This document shows positions 26,579-38,515 of a DNA stretch of 64,000 nt, in pieces. The notes under the pieces were generated by a model that was not told the origin of the DNA, did no database searches, and was given only the letters and a program-made list of their open reading frames with translations. The position numbers and the translations under genes are program-made. Numbering within the stretch: position 1 is the first letter of the stretch; every line of letters begins with the position of its first letter. This stretch comes from a virus. The stretch lies in the IMG/VR virus record IMGVR_UViG_3300050821_002136, positions 1 through 64,000 of that record; one strand, given 5' to 3'.

Positions 26579-29500
26579 TTACAGGACCGAAAGGCCGCTT
26601 CACTGTTAGGCTTCAGTGCATGAATGAACACTTAGGAGGCAGCACATTATGATGGGAGCATCGTATCCAACCAAGAAAGCCCTGAAGGAAAACGTTGGCC
26701 AACCTTTGCGATACATAGAGACCAGCGCATTCGGTCTTGAGTACGTGGCAACGGGCAAGTTCTGCGTTGTTGGCCCCTCGCCTTACAATCGCAAGTGGTT
26801 CGCTGAAGTGACCATGAAAGACGGCGTCATTGCCAAGGTAAGCTAGTACCTGAATCCAATCCCGCACTGAGGAGACGATCATGACCACCACATTCACGCA
26901 CAAACATTATGAGAAGCTTGCTAGCTTCTTCCGCTACGAACTGGAAGTCAGCGACATGAGAGGCACGTTTAATCAAGTGCACAACGACATTCGAGTCAAC
27001 ACCATCAAGGGCTTGATCCGCTTGCTGGCCAACAATCTGGCCAACGACAACCCCAAGTTCAACACACAGCGTTTCTACAAGGCCGCAGGCCTGAAGGAGA
27101 CAGTATGAGCGCATATAAGCGCAAGACTGAAGACGAGTATCAGGTGCATGGGCTCTACTCTGGTGCATGGGAAGAAGTGACGTGCGAGACCACCAGAAGC
27201 GAAGCACGAGCACGGTTGAAAGAGTATCGGGAAAACGAACCGGGAACACCGTTCCGACTTGTTGTGCGCAGAGTCAAGATCGAAGCAACAATCTAAGATA
27301 TGCAAGGCATGCCCTGAAGACCTGAGAAGCCCTCAGGGCATGACTGGTACATCTTAGGAGGCAACAATGCCGCGAATCACGAAGGACAATCCACTCACGA
27401 ACTACATCAGCCGCGCTGAAATACAAAGCTGGCGTGACAATCACGACCGCGCCATCGTAGCTCAGGAGAACCAGAAGCTAGCACGCATCCAACTGGTGGA
27501 CGCGCTACAAACTGTGCTTGAGATGTTCGAGACCAACTCTACATTACCAGCAGGGCGAACCCTACAAGAACTTGACGCTGCATTCCCACGCGGCTCTGTG
27601 TACGGCATAGTCAAGGCCGCTGTAGCACGCATTCAGGAAGCGAGACTCTAACCTTAGGAGGACACCATGACCGCACCAAAGCTAATTGCAGAACGCAGAT
27701 TCGGGGATGTACGGGCGATGCTGGGCGACATCCAAGCCATGTTGGCGATTGCCAACCTGAAGTGGACCGACGTTGTATATGTGAAGACGTTCGAACCTGA
27801 AGAAGCCTACGCCTATGCCAGTATCGCTAGGCTCTGGGAAGAGAAACTGACTGATGGCAGCAAAGTTTACGAGCTGCACATCCTGTAACCCTGAGGAGGG
27901 ACCATGGCGCGATATCGTGAGACACCTGATGTAGAGCGTGAGCGTATGCCAAGCGTGCAAGGCGTTTGTAAGGATTGCAACGCTGGCACGCTCAACAACG
28001 AACTGAACCCCGCCTTCGACCTGTACGACGAAGGCATAACCTGCATACGCTGTGGCAGCTCGCACGTTGATGTCGTAGCATTCTAAACAGGAGCGGGTTC
28101 GAAAGAGCCCTGCTCACCCTGCACTGAACCGTCCTCGATAATGACACGGGCCATAATGCCTTAGTGAAGGTAACGGGAGTGCAGAGTGAGCAATCCAAGG
28201 AGAGACCATGGCAAACCATAAGTCTGGAGCAGAAAGATACAACGATAGAATGGCTAAAATTTGGGAAGATGCCAAGCGTTTGGAACGTGAGCGATTGAAG
28301 CGCGGAGAGAAGCCAAACTCTAACCTCACCTCTCCAGAAGAGGCGCAGAAGTATCAGGCCTTGAGAGATGCCGTGACCAATGCCATGGAGACCTTGGCAG
28401 ATGCGCTTGACCCTACCTCTGCATTGGACCGGGGAGAGATAGTAGAACTGCACAAAGAACTAACGCGTGCTAGGAAAGCACTGGAGGCAGCATGACCACA
28501 ATCAAGTACAATGGTGAGACACTCGAAGTCAGCAACGATGGCCGCGTGGCACGCATCAAGCCCGAGGCCATCTATGCACTGACGCGGGACCAAGACGTAC
28601 ACGAGGCAGTGGCCAAGGCGATTGAATGCCGAGGTGAGCTTGTGTACGTGCCAAGCACGAGCGCTGCACGCGGCCTGAAGCCGAGGAGTGCTCAGAAGTA
28701 CTTTGTCCAATAGGAGGACATCATGGGATACTTTGAAGCACTAAAAGCCGCTGGCGCAAAGCTATTGGCCAGCTCAACGTTTGGTAGTTATCAGGGCGAT
28801 TGGTTTGCCAAGGTAGTTTATCAAGGCCGCACATTCTGGGTACACGGTTCGTATGGCTCGTGCTCCTACTGTGACGCTTTCCAAAGCGAATTTGATTACG
28901 CTGCGGGAGACACCTGCGACGAACACAAGTACGAAGGTGACTCACCAGAGTCTAAGGCCTGTGAAGCCTGCAAGGCCGCACCTGCTACTTATCAGGCCAA
29001 GCTGGCCGCGTTTGGCCTAGGCTACCTGACTTCAGGAGACATGACCCAAGCTGAAGCCGAGGCACTAGCAAGCCGAAACCTAGAATGGGACGAAGACGCA
29101 ACGGAAATGTTGACCTTCGTACAAGCTAACGCAATCTAAACCTCAGGAGGACACCATGCATATTCAAATTGTTGAGGATGCGCAAGCACCAGCGTATGTG
29201 GTGATCGTACATCACACAGATTATGAGCAGACCATCAGATACTACCTTAGTGAGCAAGCTGCTAGGGATGAGTATGCAAAGCAGTCAGCTCTGCACAATG
29301 AAGTTTACATTGCCAAGCTTTTGGCATAACCTGTTCCAAGTCCTCAGGAGGACACCATGGCAAAGATGAAAGCAACACCCAAGTCATACTCAGAAGCAGC
29401 AGCGTTACTCAATGGTCGGGAGCAGGTCAAGCTGGGCAACAACACTTGGCTTGAACGCCTCGAAGGCCTTCAGTTCATCGGTGTGCGTTTGCACAATACG

Positions 29501-30520
29501 TACATCGTACGCTTCCACTACAACGGCAAGGTGACGCTCCACACTGGTGGGTACCACACGGTGACCACCAAGGAGCGCATGAACCAGTTCATCTATGGTC
29601 GCGTGTATCAGAAGGCGTACGATTGGTACTTCTACGTTAACCGTGGCACGCTTGCCGGGGAAGTGACCGTGATCTTCTCAGAAGGTATGGAGGTACAGCC
29701 GTGATCGACTACGAACGAGCAAAGCGCAACAATCCCAAGCTGAAGGCCGCACTGACACGCGCTATGAAAGTGTCGGACCCATTGAAGCGCAGCGAAGCTG
29801 TAATCGCCGCGTGTCGCAAGGCTGTGCAAGAATGGAACGAGTGGGGAGCGTGGCCGGATAACTGGTCACACTGGCAACGTGCCTTGAGTGATTCGCTGCT
29901 GAAGGCGAGGTACGCAGGCGACAATCAGATGCACGTCGGTGTCAATCAACTGGAGGACTTAGCATGAGTCGTAACGCAACTGCAAAGGCCATACGCTTGG
30001 CCAAGGAAGCACATCCTGAGCGCTACTGCACATTGACTAAGTGTCTGCGCAGAGCGCCGTGCTCCCTGCACAGCGATGTGCTTTATGTCGCAGCAGAGCA
30101 TGCATCGCGTGAAGAGCAACACGCACGTTACATTGACTGCGGCCCCCAAGCATGGGACGACCGCGACTAGGGAGGCAGTATGACATGGCATCAAGCAATG
30201 GCTAAGATAGGCTCATCCAAGAGCACTGAGGAGTGGCTAAGGGCTATGGGCAGTCTGCCAACAACTGTGCGAACACGCGCAGTGTTTACAGTCGAAATGC
30301 TTGCTGGCCTAGAGTGGCAGCAAGTTGTTCCTATGCAAACTCCTCAGCATCTCTATCGCGTGGAGATTACGTGGGCTCTGGATCGCTACCGCATCACGGT
30401 GATTGATCTAGCGTCTGGGCATACGAAGCGCCGTGTGTCTTCATGGTATGCACGTACAGCAGTGGCGAGGGCTAACAAATTTCTGCGCCACTTCACAAAG
30501 CTTGAACCTCAGGAGGCAGC

Positions 30521-31261
30521 ATGAGCTACATTGTAACCGAGCAAGAGAAAAACCCGATTGTTCCTATCTCAGAACTACCAAACGGCACGCTTGCCATTGC
30601 GATTAACGGTGGATTCAAAGGCGAGTTGTTTTACAAGAACGTCGCAGGCATTATCGGAATCTCAGTTGACCGCTATTGGGCCAGCGCTTACATGGAGAAA
30701 ACTACTCGTGCTTACGTGCCGAACTTCTACGTCCGCGCCGTCACAGAGAAGCATAACGATCACACCTCGGGAGGCAGTATGAGCATTCACAACGGGCAGG
30801 ACATCATCGACAGCCGGGATGTAATCGCACGCATCGAAGAGTTGCAAGACGACCGCGAGGCATACCAAGACGCCTCAAACACCGCTGCTGAAGCCTTAAA
30901 GAACGTTGCTCCTGAGGATGCCAACGAAGATCACATGTTCGAACTTCAGGACGAGGCTGACGGCACTCTGGACGAACTCAACAACTGGGACCAAGTCAAC
31001 GGAGAAGAACTCAAGGCACTTCGAGCGCTAGACAGCGAAGGCCGCGATGCCACCTCAGAGTGGAGCCATGGAGAAGCTTTGATTCGTGACTCGTACTTTG
31101 AGGACTATGCAATGCAGCTCGCAGATGACATCGGAGCAATTGATCGCAACGCTGAGTGGCCTGTGAACTGCATCGACTGGAAGCAAGCCGCTGAGCAACT
31201 ACAGCAGGACTACTCCTCGGTAAACTTCGAGGGTGAGGACTACTGGATTCGTAGCGCCTAA
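30521..31261 (+). CDS. ArdA-like acidic antirestriction protein (from internal start 30779) fused to an upstream small ORF
   Basis: Very acidic; EALIRDSYFEDYAMQLADD..CIDWKQAAEQLQQDY resembles the ArdA C-terminus; GGGAGG RBS before ATG 30779. Confidence 0.6.
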   Translation: MSYIVTEQEKNPIVPISELPNGTLAIAINGGFKGELFYKNVAGIIGISVDRYWASAYMEKTTRAYVPNFYVRAVTEKHNDHTSGGSMSIHNGQDIIDSRDVIARIEELQDDREAYQDASNTAAEALKNVAPEDANEDHMFELQDEADGTLDELNNWDQVNGEELKALRALDSEGRDATSEWSHGEALIRDSYFEDYAMQLADDIGAIDRNAEWPVNCIDWKQAAEQLQQDYSSVNFEGEDYWIRSA

Positions 31262-32909
31262 GAGAGGAGGTGGGAGTCATGACTACAGAAGAACTGACAA
31301 GCCGTGGCTTCCACGTCTTCTGCTTCACCACACGCACGGCACGCGCAGAGTTTAGCTTGCGCACTGATCCAAGCTTCGCCTGTGTCGAGGTAGACGAAGT
31401 GTACACGCCCAAGCGCTTCGAGGTTTTCTACCTCGGAGTACGGAAGCTTCACCATGTACCAGTCAAGTTCACGAGACCAACGGAGGCAGTATGAAGACTT
31501 ACATTGTAGAGATCGTGGGGTACGAGGGAAAAGACACTGGCATCACGATTGACGGTGACTTTGAGGATACCGAGAACGACATTTACAGTGGCGAGAGTCT
31601 AGACAGGCTCTACGCCATTGTCCAAGTAGATGATCACGGTGCTTCCATTGTTGACAACGGATACAGATCGGTTGCAGAAGCGCATGCAACTTGGCCTGAG
31701 GCCTTGGAACCGGGGCTGGACCATCTAGTCAGTGGTGGCCGCGCATTCGCTAAGGAGATCTAACCATGGCGTTCTACAGTGAAAATGCTCAATGGAGGCG
31801 TATGACAACTAAAAGTGGTGGACGAAAACCAGCGCCAAAGAAGTACACGCTTGCAGACCTTGAGTCTGTGTCTGGTGTTACTGCGGAATTCTTCTCAACC
31901 GCAATGTCACGCACGTTCTATGAAGAGTACTGCGATGACCTAAGCGGCATGAGCGGAGTATGGCAGTATGTCAGGGATGCCGCTCTAATACTGGAGAAGG
32001 AAAGCAAGGCATTCGGCACGGCAGGCGAGGACTTTGACTGGTTTCAATCAGTGCAAGACTTCGCATGTTCTCTGATGCCAAAGCGTCTAGACCCTTCGCA
32101 GATGAGGAAGCTGGCAAAGCAAGTTCTCGCAGACAACAAATACTTTGACACGGAGGCAGTATGAACAAAGCCACATCGAAGAGCGGACGCCGCGCTGCAC
32201 GCAAGCTGTTCCCCAAAGCCAAGCAGTCAACGCGACCATTCACCAGTGCGGATTACACAGCACTGCCGAGCATTCCCAACCGACCACCAACGAAGTAAAG
32301 CAACGTGGGTGTAAACATCACATCAAAGGTGGATGAAGCCCACGATCCCCTCTCTCAGGTAGGCTGAGGCAGCACATAGCAGCACATCATACGGAGGCAG
32401 AGACCATATGCAATCGAGCTGAGGCAAGCTCAGCAACGCAGGGAAAGTGTCCTGCGTGATACTACAACGCACGCGCAACTGCTTGCTAGAGATTCGCTAG
32501 GGCAGCGCCTTGTAGTGTCACGGAGGGCATCATGAATACTGTGGAGATTCGCAATCTGACTGACTTGGAGATTCGTACACTTAGGACTGCTCTGGAGACC
32601 TTGAGTGTCACTAGTCCAAGCAAGAGTACTGACCGCTGGGCCAGTGACGTTATGCTCGAAGACGATGCCAAGTTTATCAAGCAGCTTCTATGGATCGAGA
32701 AAGGAAACATCTCATGATCAAACTGGAAATTACGGACAGCCAATTCGATACCATCTTGGCAGCACTGTGGAACGCCAAGGCGCAAGCTTCCAACACTGGT
32801 ACGCACGTAAACGACATGTACATCGGTTCCCCCATTGTTGTGGAACTGACTAACCTCATGGCAAAGATCGGCAACCAACGCGACTCACAAATTCGAGCGG
32901 AGGCACTCC

Positions 32910-33212
32910 TTGATTACCAACTTAACGGATGATGAACAGCATCGACATCCAAACGGCCTTGGCTGGGTTGCCAATACAGCCAAGGTTGACCCCAGCGTTT
33001 ATGTAGGTCCGCATGCGCTTGTCTATGGCCAAGCCGAGCTGACAGACAAAGTACGCATCCTAGATGTAGCTCAGGTGTCTGGGCATGCCAAGCTAAGCGG
33101 GGACGTAGTTGTCTCACGGCATGCTTGGGTGGACGGGAACACCAAAGCAACCACTGGGCACTTCTACAAGAACGAACGGGCGCAGGCCACTAAACAGGAG
33201 CGTATCAGATGA
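32910..33212 (+). CDS. Left-handed beta-helix (hexapeptide repeat) protein
   Basis: VANTAK VDPSVY VGPHAL VYGQAE...VSGHAK periodicity. Confidence 0.75.
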   Translation: MITNLTDDEQHRHPNGLGWVANTAKVDPSVYVGPHALVYGQAELTDKVRILDVAQVSGHAKLSGDVVVSRHAWVDGNTKATTGHFYKNERAQATKQERIR

Positions 33213-34606
33213 ATGAAGAAAAAGAAGAGGCAAGAGCAGAAAAACTGCATCAAGCTATTGAGGAAGTTCTCACAGAGGTGCAATGATGATCAAGGGCTAC
33301 AAGCTGTTTCGCTTACGCAAGGACGGCACACTTGGGCCTTTGTTTATCGGCGCGAGACTGCGCGTGCCTGTAGGACTGTGGCAGGAAGCTCAGGGCATAT
33401 ACGTCAAGGGCTTTGCCTATCGTCCCGGTTGGCACGCGTGCTCTAGGCCGGAAGCTCCGCACCTATCGAAGCGCGGCAGAGTGTGGTGCGAGGTATCGCT
33501 CAGTGGCGTGCAGGAGCACCGCAGGCCTGAGACTCAGGGTGGGCTCTGGTACGTTTGCCAATGGCTACGGGTAGATCGTATAATGGTGGAGGGTGGAAAA
33601 TGAAGACTCGCAACGAAGAGCGCGTTTATAAAAGTTTGTGGCACCTGCTCATTGCAGGCATGGGAGTGTATGAGCTACGCAACCACAAGACAAAGCTGTC
33701 CAAGGTGCTTGCAGTGGGCCTGATCGCGTTCCACGTAGATGCCGCACTCTGTGACGCTATGGATATTCCCACAACAATGCAACGGTGGTTGAGAAAGCTG
33801 AGGCCGGAATGAGTGGCATCATGGGTAGATGTGAAAAGTGTGGCCATGTGTTCGATGTGCTACTTGGCTTCAACTGTCCTGCATGCGTGGCTTGGAGAAC
33901 AGAGCGTGTACGTGAAGCCTTCGCGCCTATTGATCCACTACGCACAGCGCTGGGGATACATGGCTTGCGCGAGGATGCCGAGCTGGATGGGGTATGGCAC
34001 TGGCACGGTGACCCGGGAGAATTTTACCGGAAGATGCAGCATAGGGAAGAATACCCGGGGCGGCTATGTGCGCCCAACGAAAATCAAGCAGAGGTACCCC
34101 GAGGGTGCAAGATGCCGACATCTGAAGAAGCTCAGGTGTACGAACTCAAACGAAGATTCAGACTGTAACAACGGAGGATACAATGGTTTACTTTGACAAA
34201 GTTTTCGAAACGCACGAACAAGCCGACAAGTTCATTGAGGAATACTACGCTGCATACCACCCCGCTGGGTATGGTACGTGGTGTCGTAAAGAAGACTTGC
34301 CGAACGATGGTGGGGTGAAAGTCAAAGTCAGTCGCGGATCGTCTTGCGACTAAAGGAGAAAACATGAGAGGTTTCGTAGCTCTGGCTCTGCTCGTACTGG
34401 TACCGCTAGCCTTAGGCTTTCCCGCGCTTTGGCTAGTGGTGGTCCCCATGGTGCTGTGGCTGCTGGGGAGTGACAAGGTACGCTTAGGAGATGATGACCT
34501 ATGATCGCAGAGATGCTGAAGTTTTTCGCTGGTCAGTTTGTAATCTGGGTAGTTGTAGCGTCCACACTCAAGGCGGCAGGTTTATAATAATAAGAAGGGA
34601 GACAAC

Positions 34607-36430
34607 ATGCTACGTTCCTATCAGCAAGAGCAACTCGATTCCGCTTTGACCGAATACGTTAGTGGCGTCAATCAGCAACTGTTCGTTGCCGCGACAGGCA
34701 CAGGGAAGACTGTGATGTTTTCCAATCTGCCGGACAAGTTCAAGCATGTTCTCCCCGGCAAGATGCTTGTGACTGTGCATCGTGAAGAGCTGGTCAACCA
34801 AGCCATCTCTGCTATTCGCCACTGGAACCCAAGCCTAAAAGTAGGCAAGGAGATGGCCGAGCACTTCGCGGATACTGACTGCGATGTGATCGTGTCGTGC
34901 ATTGCCAGCATCGGACGCGAAGGTGCAACGCGCATGGAGCGCTTTGGATGGGACAATATCGACAAGTTCGTCATCGACGAAGCTCATCACGCCATCGCTT
35001 CAACGTACATGAACGTGCTGCAAGCCGGAGGATTCTTACAGCCGGGAACCAAGAAGCTGCTCATCGGAGTGACAGCTACGCCCAAGCGCAAGAACCTGAC
35101 GCGCACTGAGAAGAAGCAGCTCACCACACTGGACGACGAGGAGATCGTCTCGCTCAAGAGTGTGTTCAAGAAGATCGTACACAAGTACACCATACGTCAG
35201 GCTATTCGTGACGGCTGGTTAGTTCCATTGCGCGGACTCAAGCTGAAGACTGAGACCGACCTGAGCAACGTCAAGAGCACTGCTGGGGACTACCAACAGG
35301 ACCAACTGTCTGAGGCAGTCAACACAGCAACACGCAACCAGCAGATCGTGAAGTTCTGGCTGGACCATGCTGAGCAGCGCCATACCATAGCTTTCACTGT
35401 GGACATTGCACACGCTAAAGACTTGGCCCAAACGTTTGCAAGTACAGGCGTGAAGGCTGAGGCCATCTGGGGAGTTGATCCAGACCGAGCTGAGAAGCTG
35501 GCAAGGTTCAAGGCTGGGGACATCACAGTCCTATGCAATTGCGCTTTGCTGACCGAGGGCTTCGACGCGTGGCAGGTACAGTGCATCATCCTCGCGGCAC
35601 CTACCAAGAGCAGCTCCAAGTTCACGCAAGAGGTAGGGCGAGGCACACGTCTGGAAGAAGGCACTGGCAATCTTCTGGAAGCACTCAAGGCAGGCAAGTT
35701 TCTGCGCAAGAAAGACTGTCTCATTCTGGATGTGGTGGACAACAACAAGCGTTGCTCACTGGTGACATTCCCTAGTCTGTTGGGATTGAATCCAGACTTC
35801 GACCTGCAAGGTAAGTCTGTTACAGCAGCCATCGAAGAGATCGAAGTGTTACAAGAGAAGAACCCCGGCATCGACTTCGCACACCTCACTGACTTGAGCA
35901 AGGTGAAGATATATGTCGAATCGCTGGACATGTTCTCAGAGCCCTACACCCAAGAGGTGAAAGAATTCTCTGAGCTGACATGGATGCAGACTCAGGACGG
36001 TGCGTACGTCCTCTCTGTGCCTGAAGCCCGGGAAGTGAAGGAAGCCAAACAGTACTGGAACTTCCAACACGAGAAGCTCCACATCACGCCCAACGAACTG
36101 GACGAGTACGAGCTGAGCATTACAACGGTGAACACCGACCGTAAGCTTGGCACGTACAACACGCTCCAAGAGGCATTCACAACAGCTGATGAAGTCGTGC
36201 GTAGATGCCGTGCGGATCGTGTGCGTTTGCTCAAGCGTGAGGAGTCGTGGCACGCTGGGCCTGCAAGCGATGCAGCTAAGAAGTACCTGAGGACACTGAC
36301 CAAGGGCAAGCCATTCCTCTATTGCCTGTGCGCGGGTTCAGTAGGCACAGTCTGTGGAGCATGCATGAAGCAGAAAGGCATTACCGCAGGACAGGCCGCA
36401 CTGGCCATCAACAAACTCAAAGTCAAATAA
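34607..36430 (+). CDS. Superfamily 2 DEAH helicase
   Basis: LRSYQ, ATGTGKT, IDEAHH, TATP, LTEGFD, QEVGRGTR. Confidence 0.95.
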   Translation: MLRSYQQEQLDSALTEYVSGVNQQLFVAATGTGKTVMFSNLPDKFKHVLPGKMLVTVHREELVNQAISAIRHWNPSLKVGKEMAEHFADTDCDVIVSCIASIGREGATRMERFGWDNIDKFVIDEAHHAIASTYMNVLQAGGFLQPGTKKLLIGVTATPKRKNLTRTEKKQLTTLDDEEIVSLKSVFKKIVHKYTIRQAIRDGWLVPLRGLKLKTETDLSNVKSTAGDYQQDQLSEAVNTATRNQQIVKFWLDHAEQRHTIAFTVDIAHAKDLAQTFASTGVKAEAIWGVDPDRAEKLARFKAGDITVLCNCALLTEGFDAWQVQCIILAAPTKSSSKFTQEVGRGTRLEEGTGNLLEALKAGKFLRKKDCLILDVVDNNKRCSLVTFPSLLGLNPDFDLQGKSVTAAIEEIEVLQEKNPGIDFAHLTDLSKVKIYVESLDMFSEPYTQEVKEFSELTWMQTQDGAYVLSVPEAREVKEAKQYWNFQHEKLHITPNELDEYELSITTVNTDRKLGTYNTLQEAFTTADEVVRRCRADRVRLLKREESWHAGPASDAAKKYLRTLTKGKPFLYCLCAGSVGTVCGACMKQKGITAGQAALAINKLKVK

Positions 36431-36441
36431 GGAGAACAGTT

Positions 36442-36747
36442 ATGAACAGCAGAGAACTCGCAGTAGAACTTCGCAACGTCGCAAACTTCTTGGACACACG
36501 CCCTGAATTCGAGTTGCCTTCGTACTACAAAGCGAAGCAGTACATCACGTTCTGGGATAAGCAGGAGTTCATAGAGGCTGCGAAAAGTTTGGGAGACGCG
36601 ACCAAAGACTATACAGACTACGACTTCCAACTGACATCCAAGCATGCCCCGGTGGTTTTCAGCATTGCGCGGGACAAGGTCTGCAAGAAGACGGTGACCT
36701 TCGATTGCGAACCATTGTTCAGCATAGCAGAAGTGGAGGCGTTTTAG
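36442..36747 (+). CDS. Hypothetical protein
   Basis: AAGGAG RBS, start MNSREL. Confidence 0.7.
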   Translation: MNSRELAVELRNVANFLDTRPEFELPSYYKAKQYITFWDKQEFIEAAKSLGDATKDYTDYDFQLTSKHAPVVFSIARDKVCKKTVTFDCEPLFSIAEVEAF

Positions 36748-36901
36748 TGGCTTGTGAGAAATGTTGGACAGATGCGTACTTCCGACATCGGTACCTTGAT
36801 CCCAACAAAAGCCAGTCGGATCACTACCATGAAATATTGGCCGAACGAGTGCTGAAGCCCTGCTCCGAAAAAGAGCAGGCAGGGGAAATAGGAGAAAAAG
36901 A

Positions 36902-37156
36902 ATGAAAAAAGTAATTGTAATTGCTCTGGTGTTTCTGGCAACACTTCTCGTCGCGGAAGAGAAGTACCGCATAGAGCGCTTGTCCGGCCAGCAACTAGGA
37001 AACGGTTTGCAGGTAGTTGCTTATCACGATACAGAGAGCGGTATAGAAATTTTGTGTTTCTATGACAACTCCGACGCTACTAACGGCATGCACTTGAATA
37101 CGGCGATTCCACAAGGCATTAGCTGCGTGACTACGGGAAGGCGGTGGACGAAATGA
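36902..37156 (+). CDS. Small secreted protein
   Basis: MKKVIVIALVFLATLLVA signal peptide. Confidence 0.7.
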   Translation: MKKVIVIALVFLATLLVAEEKYRIERLSGQQLGNGLQVVAYHDTESGIEILCFYDNSDATNGMHLNTAIPQGISCVTTGRRWTK

Positions 37157-37340
37157 CGTACATGACACAAGACATGTTGCCGGATACGTACATCTTGCTG
37201 TTCACGTTCTTTGGGCTTGGACTAGTGGGCCTGGGAGGCTTAGTCTTCCTAGGCTATGTCGTAGTCAAGCGCATCACTACACGGAAACCACAGACCAAAT
37301 GGAAACGCGACTGGGCAAAGATTGAGGAGGACCTAAGCCG

Positions 37341-37655
37341 ATGAAGCTAACCGAGAGGGCAAGCACATACCTACGCGAGCATGGCATCACTCTGCTTCGC
37401 ATAGGTGTGCAGGGTGGTGGATGCAGCGGCTTTCAATACCTCATAGAAGAGCCCGGGCCGGAAGACCAGTCTCCTCTGCCTGCTGACAAGGTCTTCACGT
37501 TCGATGGCGTCACTGTCTACGTGGACCCCATGTCCTACATGTACCTGTCTGAGTGCGAAGTAGACTATGTCTCGTCTCTGGAGATGTCCGGCTTCGTCTT
37601 CAACAATGCAGCGGCCAAGAGTACCTGTGGCTGCGGAAAGAGCTTCAACTCATGA
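37341..37655 (+). CDS. iscA: A-type Fe-S carrier protein (IscA/SufA/ErpA/HesB)
   Basis: LTERA, GGGCSGFQY, TCGCGKSF. Confidence 0.95.
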   Translation: MKLTERASTYLREHGITLLRIGVQGGGCSGFQYLIEEPGPEDQSPLPADKVFTFDGVTVYVDPMSYMYLSECEVDYVSSLEMSGFVFNNAAAKSTCGCGKSFNS

Positions 37656-38238
37656 CGCAAAAAGTAGTTGATAAAGAACTACTAAAGCTGACCAAGCGTC
37701 CCCCGAAAACAAAGGCTGAGAAGAACTTTCACGAGTGGCTGCTGTACTGCAAAACAGTACTAGAGAAAGGAAAATCATGACTCCATCACTTTTAGCAATC
37801 CTCGCTCGCTTCGATGGTGATCCCAAGCAGGCCCGGGATTACTGTGCAATCATGGCCTTGACCTACCCAGCTCTGGCCGAGGAGTACCAAGGGTATGCTT
37901 ACGCTCTGGAGGAGGAGTTCGTATATGAACCACTACGTGATCATCGACGGGCAGCTACAGCGTAGTTCTCCCGAGACCAAGCGCTGGTCACGTAGGGCTG
38001 CTAAGGAGGTTCCTAAGAGTGCCCCGGAGGACATGCACGAGAATGTGCAATATCCAAAAATTGCACAAAACACAGATTGGGAGATCATTGAATCTCTGGA
38101 GGAACACGAATGAACGGAAAGAAAATGCTAACGTGCCCAAAGTGTGGTCGCTCAATTTGCATATACGAAAGGTGTGTGACCTACAGACCCGCAAGCTCTC
38201 CGCATCCTATTTTCTACAAACACCGATGCGCGGACAAG

Positions 38239-38267
38239 TTGACAAAGTGACCAAAGTTTGGTATAAT
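38239..38267 (+). promoter_or_regulatory. Consensus sigma70 promoter
   Basis: TTGACA-17-TATAAT with TG extension. Confidence 0.9.
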
Positions 38268-38296
38268 CATTACACTGGTCAATACGAAGGAGTCAC

Positions 38297-38515
38297 ATGA
38301 AGGGTGCGTTCATCGAAGCAACTCTGCCGGAACTTAAGGGCGGGAAGATGTATCAATCAGGGCGAGGCGAGGGAGCCAATGCCAAAGCCGCCATCAGCCG
38401 AGCAATGGGTGACATGCTCAAGAAGATCAAGGGAAAGCGCATCAGCATCATCCAAGCACGCATCACATTGACAACCAAAGTCGAACAGGAGGTCGCTCAT
38501 GAAACTGAAGTTTAA
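38297..38515 (+). CDS. Small basic protein
   Basis: AAGGAG RBS right after the promoter. Confidence 0.7.
   Translation: MKGAFIEATLPELKGGKMYQSGRGEGANAKAAISRAMGDMLKKIKGKRISIIQARITLTTKVEQEVAHETEV

Larger units (their letters stand above)
26649..34590 (+). other. Array of small early/host-takeover ORFs (e.g. 26649, 26881, 27105, 27367, 27667, 27904, 28208, 28492, 28723, 29156, 29357, 29701, 29964, 30180, 31270, 31491, 31766, 32161, 32532, 33283)
   Basis: Head-to-tail short ORFs, most with a strong GGAGG RBS or ATGA coupling; functions not recognisable. Confidence 0.8.
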
